A DNA stretch of 63,472 bases, the filler included, from Craspedostauros australis (lineage: Eukaryota), in the NCBI GenBank assembly GCA_030167865.1. It is 8 parts of 8 records of this genome, joined end to end, with 100 filler letters (N's around TTAATTAATTAA, not from the genome) between each part and the next. Parts side by side here need not be neighbours in the genome. Positions count along the whole stretch, not along the records: positions 34,027 to 50,055 come from JALAGF010003380.1; positions 50,156 to 54,148 come from JALAGF010003381.1; positions 54,249 to 58,450 come from JALAGF010003382.1; 5 more parts are not named here. One strand, 5' to 3'. The position numbers were made by a program, and so were the translations under genes. Positions within the stretch are counted from its first letter, which is position 1. Every line of letters starts with the position of its first letter. The notes beneath the pieces were generated by a model, which was not told the DNA's origin, did no database searches, and saw only the letters and a list, made by a program, of their open reading frames with translations. Of the stretch, positions 45,401 through 57,200 are shown one piece after another.

Positions 45401-47996
45401 CTCCTGAACAAATCGAGGGAGTGGGCGGAACGCATCAGAACGTCCCGAATCAGCAAACAAGACACGGAAATCGCCCTCAAGTCCGTACTGTGGCCGTCGC
45501 TGACTTACTCTGCTCCTGCTGCCACCATGTCTCCAGCCCAATGGCGCACAGTGATGAGCACCGCCCTGACCGCGGCTCTTCCGTCCATGGGTATCGCCCA
45601 GACAATCGCCAGGGAGTACATCTTCGGCCATGCTGATGCCATGGGCATGGGGGTGCCCAACCTGCACACGGTACAAGTCATCTCCCATCTGTCCATGGTG
45701 ATGCAGCACTTCGAGCAAGATACGGAAACAGGCCAACTGCTGCGCACCTCACGTCGACACCTCGAACTGTGGACCGGACTACCCGGGCGGCTGCAACAGC
45801 ATGAACGGAAATGGAAGACCTGGACGGCCACAGCGTGGTGGCAAAACACCTTCCGCACCGCCTCCCAGCTCGGCATCATCATGACAGACCAAGGCAGCGC
45901 TGCCAGCAAACCGCGCCGCGGCAACGAGACCATCATGCACCTAGCCATTCAAGCAGGAGTCCCTACAACAACGCTGGGGCTGGCCAACGTCGCCCGCATA
46001 CACCTCAGGGCCCTTTGGCTGTCAGACATCACCTCTGCCTGTGGCGCGCGCATCCTCCCAGAAGTCCTACGAAGATTCCGGCTGCCGTCAGGCACCACCA
46101 CATGGCCCAAGACAGGAACCGTAACCTGGACAGCGTGGGAAGCCTGGGAACACGTGCTGGTAGCGCTGGTGGCCGCAGACCGACCAGGTTGGTACGTGCA
46201 GACGACCCTCGGCCTGTGGTACCAGGCATCCTCGCGCCGTGCTGTCCAACTCCCAGACGGGACGATCAGGCTACCAGGTCCGACGAGCGTCCGCGACACC
46301 AACCGCCCTCGTCCAACACACGTGGTCGACAGATATGCCCGGCGATCAGGAGTCGCCACCACAGCATCCGGGGGCATCCAGGCCCGCGCTAACCCAACCT
46401 CCATTCGTGATTGGCTACACCACAAAGGCCCTGCAGCCATTGCCATGCTACCAATGCTGCAGATCCAAGGTGACGTCCACCAAATCGTCCAGTCGATCAT
46501 GACCGGCACATGTGCCGCCTGCAGCGACGCGTCCGCGAAGCACAGCAAAGGAGCAGCCGCAGCAGTTATTCAAAGTGAGGTCGGCGACAGCTCACACCAG
46601 ATCATCGCCACATCTGCAGTTCCCACAGGATCACACCCGACGGACTCAAATCGGGCCGAACTTGCTGGCGTGCTCATGTCCATATGGGTTGTGACTTCCA
46701 TTGCAGAGTGGGCAGGTGTGACCGGCAGCGCCACCATCGCGTGCGACAATGACAGGGCGCTCAGGTCTACGACCAGTGCCCAGTGGCCCGACCCCAGGCG
46801 ACCTGATCACGATCTCAGAGCGGAAATCGTCCGCCAGCTGCGCAAAACGACGGTGCAATTCAGGCAGCAGGAAGTGAAAGGCCACGCGGACGACTCCAGC
46901 CAGCCTCTCACGGAATGGGAGACCATGAACGTTGCCGCCGACGCCCACGCAGGCTGGCAATAGGAGATCTCAAGTCAAGCCGGGTGGAGCAATGCTATTC
47001 CCCCAGTACCCACTGGAGGCTGGACCTTGACCGTGGGCACCACGCCCTTCACCGACCTCGACTATTGGACGGTGCACAGCACACTTGACGGCACCGGCAT
47101 CCAGCTCAAGTGGTGTTGTCGCTGGGGACACGTACACCCCTCTGAGGTCGACTGGGCGCCCATGCGGGCCAACTCCCGACGTTGGCAAGGCGGCAAGCGT
47201 CGCACACTACTCAAGCTCATGGCTGGCGCCGGTGCTAGCGGCAAGAACATGCAGCGACGACAGCAGGAGACCTCTGACACATGCCCCCAATGCGGCCAAC
47301 CAGAAGACAACTCACACGTTGTCATGTGCCCGAGTGCATCCAGCCAGGCCATTTGGTCCAAGACTATGCTCAAAGTGCGGTCAATCGTGCGACCGCCCAC
47401 CCGCCACCGCTCGTCGCTCAACTGCTATGCACGGCCCTCACCCGCATATCCACAGGAGGCATTCCTCCATCGGGCATTCGCGACTCCCCCACCAAGAGCA
47501 TCCAACAAAACAAGCGAAAGTGGGATGGACTGCCATAGTGTGGGTTGGGTGGGCTACGACCTGGCGAGAACATGCCCCTCCTGCAGCCCAGCACCGCTGC
47601 AGACAAACACCCCGCCAACTCCGAGACTGGCAAGCCAGCGTGACCAATCTGCTGTGGCACACAATGCTGGAACAGTGGAAAGACCGCAACAAGGTTAAAG
47701 CCTCGCAGCTCGCCGACAATATGGTAGCGTTGCTCCAGCAACAGGCCCTCCAAATCCGGTTGGTGGAGCCAGCGCTCGTTCCGCCCGCGCTGCGACCCCT
47801 CTGGGAACAGCCGTCTCCCATACAGCAAACCCACGCTCTCTCGGAATGGGTTCAAACCATGCACAATGCACTCGGCCACGCCAGCCCCCCTCTCCCGACG
47901 GTGCTCTCCAACTGGATGCTCAACGTCCGGCGACGGACGACCTTCGCTTCTGACTCAGCCCACGCAGCAACGCGCCGATCTTCAACCGAGACCTGA
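42419..47996 (+). pseudogene. Retrotransposon ORF2: AP-endonuclease, reverse transcriptase, RNase H, CCHC finger; inactivated
   Basis: APE: IRIATLNIG, LLITEVGLNW, IIGGDVN, IDGIW, WDHRAVW. RT: SSGPSG, RTIGLMEGDFN, EQYGSRK, SNDTKGCYNRI, GLVQG, AYVNDT, KYLG. RNase H: CSDAS, RAELAG, CDN, VKGHAD, NVAAD. A TAG at 46961 is followed in frame by CPQC...H...C, and apparent frameshifts near 47390 and 47510 lead to the GW...LW...WKDRN tail. Confidence 0.9.
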
Positions 47997-49602
47997 CGCT
48001 ATTCTCTCGGCACCCACAGCTGCCACACAACTCCACTCCGTTCCCGCAATGTGCTATCACGTTGAATAAACGAGGCGGAATAAAAGCGCCATCGGCGCAT
48101 GACGTAACCGTTGTAATCCGTGTGTGATATATATGATCCTTGTTGTTGTGATGCCATTGTTGATGAGGTGATTTGCCTGATGCAGGGCGTTCGCAGCTCG
48201 CTGGGTGTTGCTGACTGCTCTTCATCTCTCTTTGCCCAGAACTGTCATGGAGCATACAAACTTGGCCTACAGTGGCAACGTGAGGAGATGTATCTGCAGA
48301 TGCACCATCACCCTTCCATCCTACTTGTATTCTTCATGCGTTGGTGCAGATTGTTGACGATGGTTGCTTCTTCCGCTGATGATGCTGCCGTAGGTGTTGG
48401 TGGAGTAGTTTGGTGTATATCTCCATGGGTGTGTTCATATGATGGTGGTGTCCAACGGTTGTCAATGATGCTGTCGATTCGAAAGTACGCAGTGTCCTTC
48501 TACTCAGCGCGCATTTTGCATATCGTTGATGGCCACACTAGAGTCGTTGTAGGTGATGATGTTGATCTGCGGGCCTGATTGACTTGCTGTACTGGATGTA
48601 TTTGCGCTTGTTGTTCAGTTTCTGTGATGGGCGGTGTTGTCTCTCACAGAACGAGACGTTGATTTTGTCGAGTTGGAAGCTTTGCGAGAACCGTCCATTG
48701 TCTGTCCGTGTACCCGCATACCTACGTCATGATGATGAGAAGAAATGATTGGACAAGCACATTTGATGATGACGTTTGACAAATGTCAATGACAAAATAC
48801 GAGAGCCATCCGGAAATTTCAAATTTGAATTTCAAACGTTCACATTTATCAGTAGTATAAATTGTGTGGAATTTTGCCACGCAACACGAATGACGCCCAT
48901 GGGGGTTACGCGAGCAAATGTTTAAAATAGCCACCCTCGCTTTGAATTGATCACGATTGGAGTGGTTCCACCAATGCTTCTTCCCCAGCTTGCTTACTGC
49001 CACCCAGAAGACTGCATTGACTTCAATGCTTCATAAATGACGCGCGTCAAAGGCTGGGGAAGGTTTCTTCGACATGGGTTGGATTGAACGACTGAGATCG
49101 AACACATGTGAACAAGGGCATTCGCCACAGTACAACACGGCAATGCACCAGACTGAGGATGCCAACCCCATTCTCCATCGTCGTCTCGCTCTTTCAGAAG
49201 CTTTAAGCTCGATTATGCCCAGCCCATTGGAAGTACCGCCTTCACCATCATAATCCTGTACGCTATGAAACGAGAATGAGCGGGGGAAGAGCAGCTGGGG
49301 CAGCTGCACACGTTGACACCGAGGGTTGATCGAGTTGTCGCACCGCGAAAATTTGTCGTCTGCCCGTCTGTGCGGCAGTCGGCATCATATTTTGCCTCCA
49401 ACCTGCCAAAAACAGATTCTCGAACTCGTGAACCAAGCCAAATGTCATGAGATAGTCCCAAACACAGAAAAAACAACACGACAGATCGCGGGCTCCATTA
49501 GAGGTAGCCTGCCCAACTTCATCATCTCATAACTTTATAAGTAAGGCCTTTCTGGAGCTGTAATCTCGTATTCTCAATCTAAGTGTGTTAAATTGCACGT
49601 AG

Positions 49603-50055
49603 GCAAAGTTTCATCTAAATCTAAGTACCAAAATCAAAGAATCCTGCCTGGACCGCACCGCTATTGGCTCACACGGGTCATACGAGGATCCAAGTGATCC
49701 AGCCAACACCGACACCGTGGAGACTCAAGTACTCAAGTTCAATGACGGAAGCGCTGAAGAATGGCTCCGTTTCCGCCGGGAATTCGACACGCTGATGGCT
49801 GCGAAGCGCATGACGACAGCGACCCAGAAGATGGTGCANCTGAACAACCTACTGATGGGAGACGCGCAGAATCGATTCGCAACAGCCGTCCAAGCCGTAC
49901 CCGGAAACACCGCCGCTGCTGCAGCACGCAAGCTCAAGGAAGGACTCGCAGCAGTTGGAGTGCCATTCTTTGGACACCCATCGAGCGCGTGGAGACGCCA
50001 GCGCAACTACATGCGTCAGTACGCAAAGTACGACCATGGTGAGCTGTCTGCCTTC
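49603..50055 (+). mobile_element. Ty3/Gypsy-like gag fragment (3' truncated at contig end)
   Basis: KFNDGSAEEWLRF...LLMGDAQNRF...AWRRQRNYMRQ resembles retrotransposon gag capsid. No in-frame ATG upstream; one ambiguous N at 49839. Confidence 0.6.
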
Positions 50056-50155
50056 NNNNNNNNNNNNNNNNNNNNNNNNNNNNNNNNNNNNNNNNNNNNT
50101 TAATTAATTAANNNNNNNNNNNNNNNNNNNNNNNNNNNNNNNNNNNNNNNNNNNN
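50056..50155. other. Artificial contig linker
   Basis: N44-TTAATTAATTAA-N44. Confidence 0.97.
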
Positions 50156-53100
50156 TACTATGGACTGTTATACTTCACTGGTGTCGGTACTTGGATGTGG
50201 ACTGTGCGAGTTGCTCTTGATCATGCTGTGTGCGGTGACTGTTTGTGCCACTTGTTGTTCTTTTTTGTTTTTCACAGCTCCGTTTCTGCGTCGAACCAAC
50301 TGACGCTTCCTTGTGAGTCTGACAATGGCCGATCGCCTCCTGAACCGCCGTCGAAACGCACGAACACCACAATTTGCTTGGTGCCAAGGTACCAACAACA
50401 TCCACAACAGCACCATTGTAACTTGTCACCATCCGTTGGTGCCAGTCCCGCATTTCGAGCACAGATGGAACCGAATCGAATCGGCCAATCAGAATCCTCC
50501 ACGACAACGGAACGACATTCGTCGTTGCCGCACCTTCCGCAAAATTCACGCATGACGTGTGTATCGTGCACCAGCGAATATTGAAGATGCGCCTGTCGCG
50601 TCCACTTCTCGCGAAGAAGATGGAACAAGAGCGCGACCTTCGCCCAAACAGAGGCCACAGCCGGCATTGTGAATGACCTTTTTGTGCACATGTTGCCCTC
50701 AACAACGTATCACGTGATTCGCCGCTGCGCTGCAAAGAGGCATGCTCGTTCATCCCTCGTGCTGTTGCTTTCCCTTGTTGCTTTCTGGTGCCGTTGCTGT
50801 TCTGGTCGGATTGCCTCCACACAACATCTCCAGTAGTTGCATTCGTACATGTACCTACCCACCGACTGACCAACCGATCAATCATCTTACCAACCTCCAA
50901 CTCATCATCATGAGCTCCTCTGTCGCCACCAGCCCTACTCGCTCCAAGGGGAAGCCTTCCCATTCTCCACCTGCATCGTCCACCTCTCCTGCATCTCGTT
51001 CTCCCAGACCAGGAACAGGAGCAGGTGCATTGCCCTCCAAGCGCTCTCCGCGCAGCTGTCGGGTTCGCGCCCCCATCACATACAACTGCGGGGATAGTGA
51101 CAGCGATGGTGAGGGGGCCAATGCTGCAACTGACATCCATGCATGCGATGACAACCATCTCTATGTCGAGGAGTGCAAGTCTTTCAACAAGTGCCCACGC
51201 TGCGACTACAAGGCTGGGTCGAGTCTCTCCAACAGGAGCACTCTGACTGCAGTACTGAACATGCTTGGCATCAAACGCGATGGCCTCTATGGCATGCCTG
51301 ATGATGGTCATCCCCACACCTTTGAGTCGTTCAAAGAGAATGGGAGCAGCCCTGCTCGAAGAATTGGCGACTTCAAGACGATGTGCATCAGCATATTGAC
51401 ATCCGTCTCGTCGTTGGCGTTTACGAAGATGAAGGCAACGGATCCGTCACCATTCGATGGCAGTCTTGACCATGTTGTCGAAGGCGAAGACTGCCCAAGT
51501 TTCGAAATGCCCAAGTACCTGTACACGTTGTGCCTGTCTGGTGCAAAGGAGGTGCGCAAGATGGCGCGAGCGGTACTTGCGAAGACCTATACCTACGAGA
51601 AGGCAACTGCTATACTGGAAAAGCACTTTGAAAATGACATGTCCGAGGAGGAGAAGAAGGCGGTGGAAGAACCGTCCAAGACCATGAGCAAGCGAGAGGG
51701 AACGAGAGCTCGGCATGAGTACGAAGTGATGGCGACTGGTGGTTTGGTCACGAAGGACCCCTATCCATATCGCGTCAAGGTGACAGCACTCGCTGGTGTC
51801 GCATCCTTCTTTGCGCAGACTCTCACCTATCGACCTGGCCAGATAAGGTCTGCTACTGTGGAAGGTGTTACCCTGTCCAACCTCCCAATCTTCGTACGAG
51901 GCGGCAAGACAGTCATGGACTTATTCAAGACCTACAAGGCTTCGTGCCCGAATCCAGTTGGGGAGCCAGCCTTCAAGAGGATGGCAGAGCTGTTGACCAG
52001 GCCAGGAGAATGCATCACAGGCCAGTCATCGTATTTGCACAACTTCAGAGAAGGCACGAAGTTCTTCAAATCGATGATGGAAAGAATCGTGGCAATGCAG
52101 AAGGGCGACAAGGCCATGGAAGAGTGCAAGGACGAGGCAGAAAATCTCATGTTGGAATGGGATTGGCTTGCGAAGTTCCTGGAGGGCGAGTACAGCAAGT
52201 CACATGTGGAGCTCGACAGTAATGATCCGCTGCACTCTGCCAAGTTTGCACTTCGGAAAGATGAAGAACACGATCCAGAGGGCAAGGTGTGCAGCATGTG
52301 TGCCAGTGCCATCTCGTTCTTTCCTGACAAGTTGAATGCATTTGTCAGCTCTGTTGCAAATGGGGCCACGGACTTGAGTGCTGCAGAGAAGAAGGAAATA
52401 GAAAGCATGGCAGCAGTGGTTAACGAACTAGAGGAAGAGGTTCTGACATTCATGGCACACAAGGTCCGAGCGAGGGTACAGGATACAGAAGTCGAAAGGA
52501 TCCGCAAGAGGATCAACAACAGGGACGACATTGTCTTAGTTTTGATTGACCACAAGCAAAAGCAGCTGCCAATGTGGTCGGAAGAAGCGCAGAAGCACTA
52601 CTACGCCAAGACAGGCATGTCCATGCTCGGTGCCATGATTGTGACCTGCAAGAATGGAATCTTTCAGTTCGAGTTCATGGATTTCATCATCAGCGGACAC
52701 CCTGCTCAAGACAACGTCCAGGTGGCGGCTTTGTTGACACTGCTGCTGGAGAGGATTCATGCTGACTACCCGAAGGTCAAGGAAATCATCTTGCAAAGCG
52801 ACAATGCTAGTTGTTTTGCAAGCCAGCAATTGATCCCATTCATCTTTGGCTGGAACGGCCATGCAGACAACAAGAATCTTCCCAAGATCAGGGAATGGGT
52901 GTACACCGAAGCACAGACTGGGAAGAGCCAGCTGGACACTCACTTTAGCTTCATCACCCGTGTGCTGAATTCTTACATCAAGGAAGGGAATAAAATCACC
53001 ACAGAATCAGGAATCTTCGAGGCGATGAACCTTGCAAAGATTGCAGGAACCACAGCTGTGTTTGTGGATGCATCAGAATTGAAAGGGTTGATCATAATCA

Positions 53101-54148
53101 ACCGCATCAATGATGCCAAGTTCAGCACCAAGAAGGTTGGAGTCAGAGCCACCCATCACATCAAATGGTTTGATGATTGTGTGGAGGTGTATGCATCTTC
53201 AAATCTTTCTGACCCTGAGATCATCGGCCTGGACTATTTGGCTCAATTCGTTGCACAAGAACTGATGGTCTATTGCAAGGTTGGTGAGAAGTCAGATAAG
53301 CCTGCTCTCACAACCAAGTCACCAACAAAGCGGCGCAAGGCAAAGAACTTGGCCATTGTTGCCAAGGAACAATCAGATGGAGAGATACACAACAAGCCTA
53401 ATGTGTACCGGGCAGCTGTCAACATGAGCGGTGTGGAGAGTCATGTTTCGAGGAAGCGCCCAGAAAATGCTACCAGAACAGCCTCGATGCCACCAAAGAT
53501 GCACGCTGGATGGGCAGTCACGAAATCTAGAAAGAAAGTGGGTTTGGCGTCGAGCGTGAAAACATTTCTTGATGACAGATACAACCTGAATGACCCATCC
53601 ACTCGAAAGCAGGCAACAGGGGCTGAGGGGCAGGAAGCAGTGGTGCAAGAATTGGTGGAACATGATTGGTTGCTGCGCTTCCAGACAACAGACGAGAGGG
53701 TGCAGGCATATTTCAACAGAACAAGACCAAAGGAAAAAACCAAAAAAATGGCGCCAACCACTGAATCCAAACTCCCACCAGGAACCGCATCAAAAATCAT
53801 TCCAACAGTCGACGCGATACCACTGCAAAAATCAACGGCGAAATTATGGGCAACAGGTGCACCAAAACCATCGCCACCGTCACCATCACCACGACCAACC
53901 AAACCACGCGCGAAGAGAAAACTGTCGCCACCAAAGCCCAAATCAACTGTTCGCACCCGTAGTCGAACTCGAGAAGAAAAGGAAACCACATCGATCGCAC
54001 CACAACCAGAACAAGGACAACCCAAGAAACGAAAACGGACAACTAGGACATCCTCGCGGGCGGCGCAGGCCAAACATCCGAAACTGAACTAGTGAGTTGA
54101 GACTACTGAATTAAAAGGAGTATTCTATAGCCTATATTACTGTATTAC
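50156..54148 (+). mobile_element. Sola3-like DNA transposon, copy 2 (whole contig)
   Basis: Multi-copy sequence with a ~0.6-0.75-kb leader and a complete transposase ORF. Confidence 0.75.
50742..54092 (+). CDS. Sola3-like DDD transposase, intact (1,116 aa; likelier start Met57 at 50910)
   Basis: RNase H-like triad IDHKQKQLP (D at 52548), LQSDNASCF (D at 52800), YTEAQTGKSQLDTHF (D at 52935). Also EAQKHYYAKTGMS, QDNVQV, C-terminal GWAV...FL...VQAYFNR domain, N-terminal Cys cluster and basic NLS-like tail. Superfamily assignment is from recalled motif patterns. Confidence 0.75.
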   Translation: MLVHPSCCCFPLLLSGAVAVLVGLPPHNISSSCIRTCTYPPTDQPINHLTNLQLIIMSSSVATSPTRSKGKPSHSPPASSTSPASRSPRPGTGAGALPSKRSPRSCRVRAPITYNCGDSDSDGEGANAATDIHACDDNHLYVEECKSFNKCPRCDYKAGSSLSNRSTLTAVLNMLGIKRDGLYGMPDDGHPHTFESFKENGSSPARRIGDFKTMCISILTSVSSLAFTKMKATDPSPFDGSLDHVVEGEDCPSFEMPKYLYTLCLSGAKEVRKMARAVLAKTYTYEKATAILEKHFENDMSEEEKKAVEEPSKTMSKREGTRARHEYEVMATGGLVTKDPYPYRVKVTALAGVASFFAQTLTYRPGQIRSATVEGVTLSNLPIFVRGGKTVMDLFKTYKASCPNPVGEPAFKRMAELLTRPGECITGQSSYLHNFREGTKFFKSMMERIVAMQKGDKAMEECKDEAENLMLEWDWLAKFLEGEYSKSHVELDSNDPLHSAKFALRKDEEHDPEGKVCSMCASAISFFPDKLNAFVSSVANGATDLSAAEKKEIESMAAVVNELEEEVLTFMAHKVRARVQDTEVERIRKRINNRDDIVLVLIDHKQKQLPMWSEEAQKHYYAKTGMSMLGAMIVTCKNGIFQFEFMDFIISGHPAQDNVQVAALLTLLLERIHADYPKVKEIILQSDNASCFASQQLIPFIFGWNGHADNKNLPKIREWVYTEAQTGKSQLDTHFSFITRVLNSYIKEGNKITTESGIFEAMNLAKIAGTTAVFVDASELKGLIIINRINDAKFSTKKVGVRATHHIKWFDDCVEVYASSNLSDPEIIGLDYLAQFVAQELMVYCKVGEKSDKPALTTKSPTKRRKAKNLAIVAKEQSDGEIHNKPNVYRAAVNMSGVESHVSRKRPENATRTASMPPKMHAGWAVTKSRKKVGLASSVKTFLDDRYNLNDPSTRKQATGAEGQEAVVQELVEHDWLLRFQTTDERVQAYFNRTRPKEKTKKMAPTTESKLPPGTASKIIPTVDAIPLQKSTAKLWATGAPKPSPPSPSPRPTKPRAKRKLSPPKPKSTVRTRSRTREEKETTSIAPQPEQGQPKKRKRTTRTSSRAAQAKHPKLN

Positions 54149-54248
54149 NNNNNNNNNNNNNNNNNNNNNNNNNNNNNNNNNNNNNNNNNNNNTTAATTAA
54201 TTAANNNNNNNNNNNNNNNNNNNNNNNNNNNNNNNNNNNNNNNNNNNN
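54149..54248. other. Artificial contig linker
   Basis: N44-TTAATTAATTAA-N44. Confidence 0.97.
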
Positions 54249-57200
54249 TACTATGGACTGTTATACTTCACTGGTGTCGGTACTTGGATGTGGACTGTGC
54301 GAGTTGCTCTTGATCATGCTGTGTGCGGTGACTGTTTGTGCCACTTGTTGTTCTTTTTTGTTTTTCACAGCTCCGTTTCTGCGTCGAACCAACTGACGCT
54401 TCCTTGTGAGTCTGACAATGGCCGATCGCCTCCTGAACCGCCGTCGAAACGCACGAACACCACAATTTGCTTGGTGCCAAGGTACCAACAACATCCACAA
54501 CAGCACCATTGTAACTTGTCACCATCCGTTGGTGCCAGTCCCGCATTTCGAGCACAGATGGAACCGAATCGAATCGGCCAATCAGAATCCTCCACGACAA
54601 CGGAACGACATTCGTCGTTGCCGCACCTTCCGCAAAATTCACGCATGACGTGTGTATCGTGCACCAGCGAATATTGAAGATGCGCCTGTCGCGTCCACTT
54701 CTCGCGAAGAAGATGGAACAAGAGCGCGACCTTCGCCCAAACAGAGGCCACAGCCGGCATTGTGAATGACCTTTTTGTGCACATGTTGCCCTCAACAACG
54801 TATCACGTGATTCGCCGCTGCGCTGCAAAGAGGCATGCTCGTTCATCCCTCGTGCTGTTGCTTTCCCTTGTTGCTTTCTGGTGCCGTTGCTGTTCTGGTC
54901 GGATTGCCTCCACACAACATCTCCAGTAGTTGCATTCGTACATGTACCTACCCACCGACTGACCAACCGATCAATCATCTTACCAACCTCCAACTCATCA
55001 TCATGAGCTCCTCTGTCGCCACCAGCCCTACTCGCTCCAAGGGGAAGCCTTCCCATTCTCCACCTGCATCGTCCACCTCTCCTGCATCTCGTTCTCCCAG
55101 ACCAGGAACAGGAGCAGGTGCATTGCCCTCCAAGCGCTCTCCGCGCAGCTGTCGGGTTCGCGCCCCCATCACATACAACTGCGGGGATAGTGACAGCGAT
55201 GGTGAGGGGGCCAATGCTGCAACTGACATCCATGCATGCGATGACAACCATCTCTATGTCGAGGAGTGCAAGTCTTTCAACAAGTGCCCACGCTGCGACT
55301 ACAAGGCTGGGTCGAGTCTCTCCAACAGGAGCACTCTGACTGCAGTACTGAACATGCTTGGCATCAAACGCGATGGCCTCTATGGCATGCCTGATGATGG
55401 TCATCCCCACACCTTTGAGTCGTTCAAAGAGAATGGGAGCAGCCCTGCTCGAAGAATTGGCGACTTCAAGACGATGTGCATCAGCATATTGACATCCGTC
55501 TCGTCGTTGGCGTTTACGAAGATGAAGGCAACGGATCCGTCACCATTCGATGGCAGTCTTGACCATGTTGTCGAAGGCGAAGACTGCCCAAGTTTCGAAA
55601 TGCCCAAGTACCTGTACACGTTGTGCCTGTCTGGTGCAAAGGAGGTGCGCAAGATGGCGCGAGCGGTACTTGCGAAGACCTATACCTACGAGAAGGCAAC
55701 TGCTATACTGGAAAAGCACTTTGAAAATGACATGTCCGAGGAGGAGAAGAAGGCGGTGGAAGAACCGTCCAAGACCATGAGCAAGCGAGAGGGAACGAGA
55801 GCTCGGCATGAGTACGAAGTGATGGCGACTGGTGGTTTGGTCACGAAGGACCCCTATCCATATCGCGTCAAGGTGACAGCACTCGCTGGTGTCGCATCCT
55901 TCTTTGCGCAGACTCTCACCTATCGACCTGGCCAGATAAGGTCTGCTACTGTGGAAGGTGTTACCCTGTCCAACCTCCCAATCTTCGTACGAGGCGGCAA
56001 GACAGTCATGGACTTATTCAAGACCTACAAGGCTTCGTGCCCGAATCCAGTTGGGGAGCCAGCCTTCAAGAGGATGGCAGAGCTGTTGACCAGGCCAGGA
56101 GAATGCATCACAGGCCAGTCATCGTATTTGCACAACTTCAGAGAAGGCACGAAGTTCTTCAAATCGATGATGGAAAGAATCGTGGCAATGCAGAAGGGCG
56201 ACAAGGCCATGGAAGAGTGCAAGGACGAGGCAGAAAATCTCATGTTGGAATGGGATTGGCTTGCGAAGTTCCTGGAGGGCGAGTACAGCAAGTCACATGT
56301 GGAGCTCGACAGTAATGATCCGCTGCACTCTGCCAAGTTTGCACTTCGGAAAGATGAAGAACACGATCCAGAGGGCAAGGTGTGCAGCATGTGTGCCAGT
56401 GCCATCTCGTTCTTTCCTGACAAGTTGAATGCATTTGTCAGCTCTGTTGCAAATGGGGCCACGGACTTGAGTGCTGCAGAGAAGAAGGAAATAGAAAGCA
56501 TGGCAGCAGTGGTTAACGAACTAGAGGAAGAGGTTCTGACATTCATGGCACACAAGGTCCGAGCGAGGGTACAGGATACAGAAGTCGAAAGGATCCGCAA
56601 GAGGATCAACAACAGGGACGACATTGTCTTAGTTTTGATTGACCACAAGCAAAAGCAGCTGCCAATGTGGTCGGAAGAAGCGCAGAAGCACTACTACGCC
56701 AAGACAGGCATGTCCATGCTCGGTGCCATGATTGTGACCTGCAAGAATGGAATCTTTCAGTTCGAGTTCATGGATTTCATCATCAGCGGACACCCTGCTC
56801 AAGACAACGTCCAGGTGGCGGCTTTGTTGACACTGCTGCTGGAGAGGATTCATGCTGACTACCCGAAGGTCAAGGAAATCATCTTGCAAAGCGACAATGC
56901 TAGTTGTTTTGCAAGCCAGCAATTGATCCCATTCATCTTTGGCTGGAACGGCCATGCAGACAACAAGAATCTTCCCAAGATCAGGGAATGGGTGTACACC
57001 GAAGCACAGACTGGGAAGAGCCAGCTGGACACTCACTTTAGCTTCATCACCCGTGTGCTGAATTCTTACATCAAGGAAGGGAATAAAATCACCACAGAAT
57101 CAGGAATCTTCGAGGCGATGAACCTTGCAAAGATTGCAGGAACCACAGCTGTGTTTGTGGATGCATCAGAATTGAAAGGGTTGATCATAATCAACCGCAT

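Larger units (their letters stand above)
39810..47996 (+). mobile_element. Non-LTR retrotransposon, Ambal-like (ORF1 + APE-RT-RNaseH-CCHC), decayed; exact UTR ends not determined
   Basis: Two-ORF architecture, A/C-rich coding strand, domain motifs listed under the ORF entries, and AATAAA twice within ~90 nt after the last stop. Confidence 0.85.

Noticed and set aside
42419..46963. RT as a bacterial retron, DGR, group II intron or defence RT
   Set aside because: APE + RT + RNase H + CCHC with an upstream ORF1 is a eukaryotic non-LTR architecture; no template/variable repeat pair or msr-msd was seen.
54093..54148. TIR match between the transposon 3' flank and 37655-37665 (AGTATTCTA)
   Set aside because: Only 9 bp in AT-rich sequence and it does not extend.
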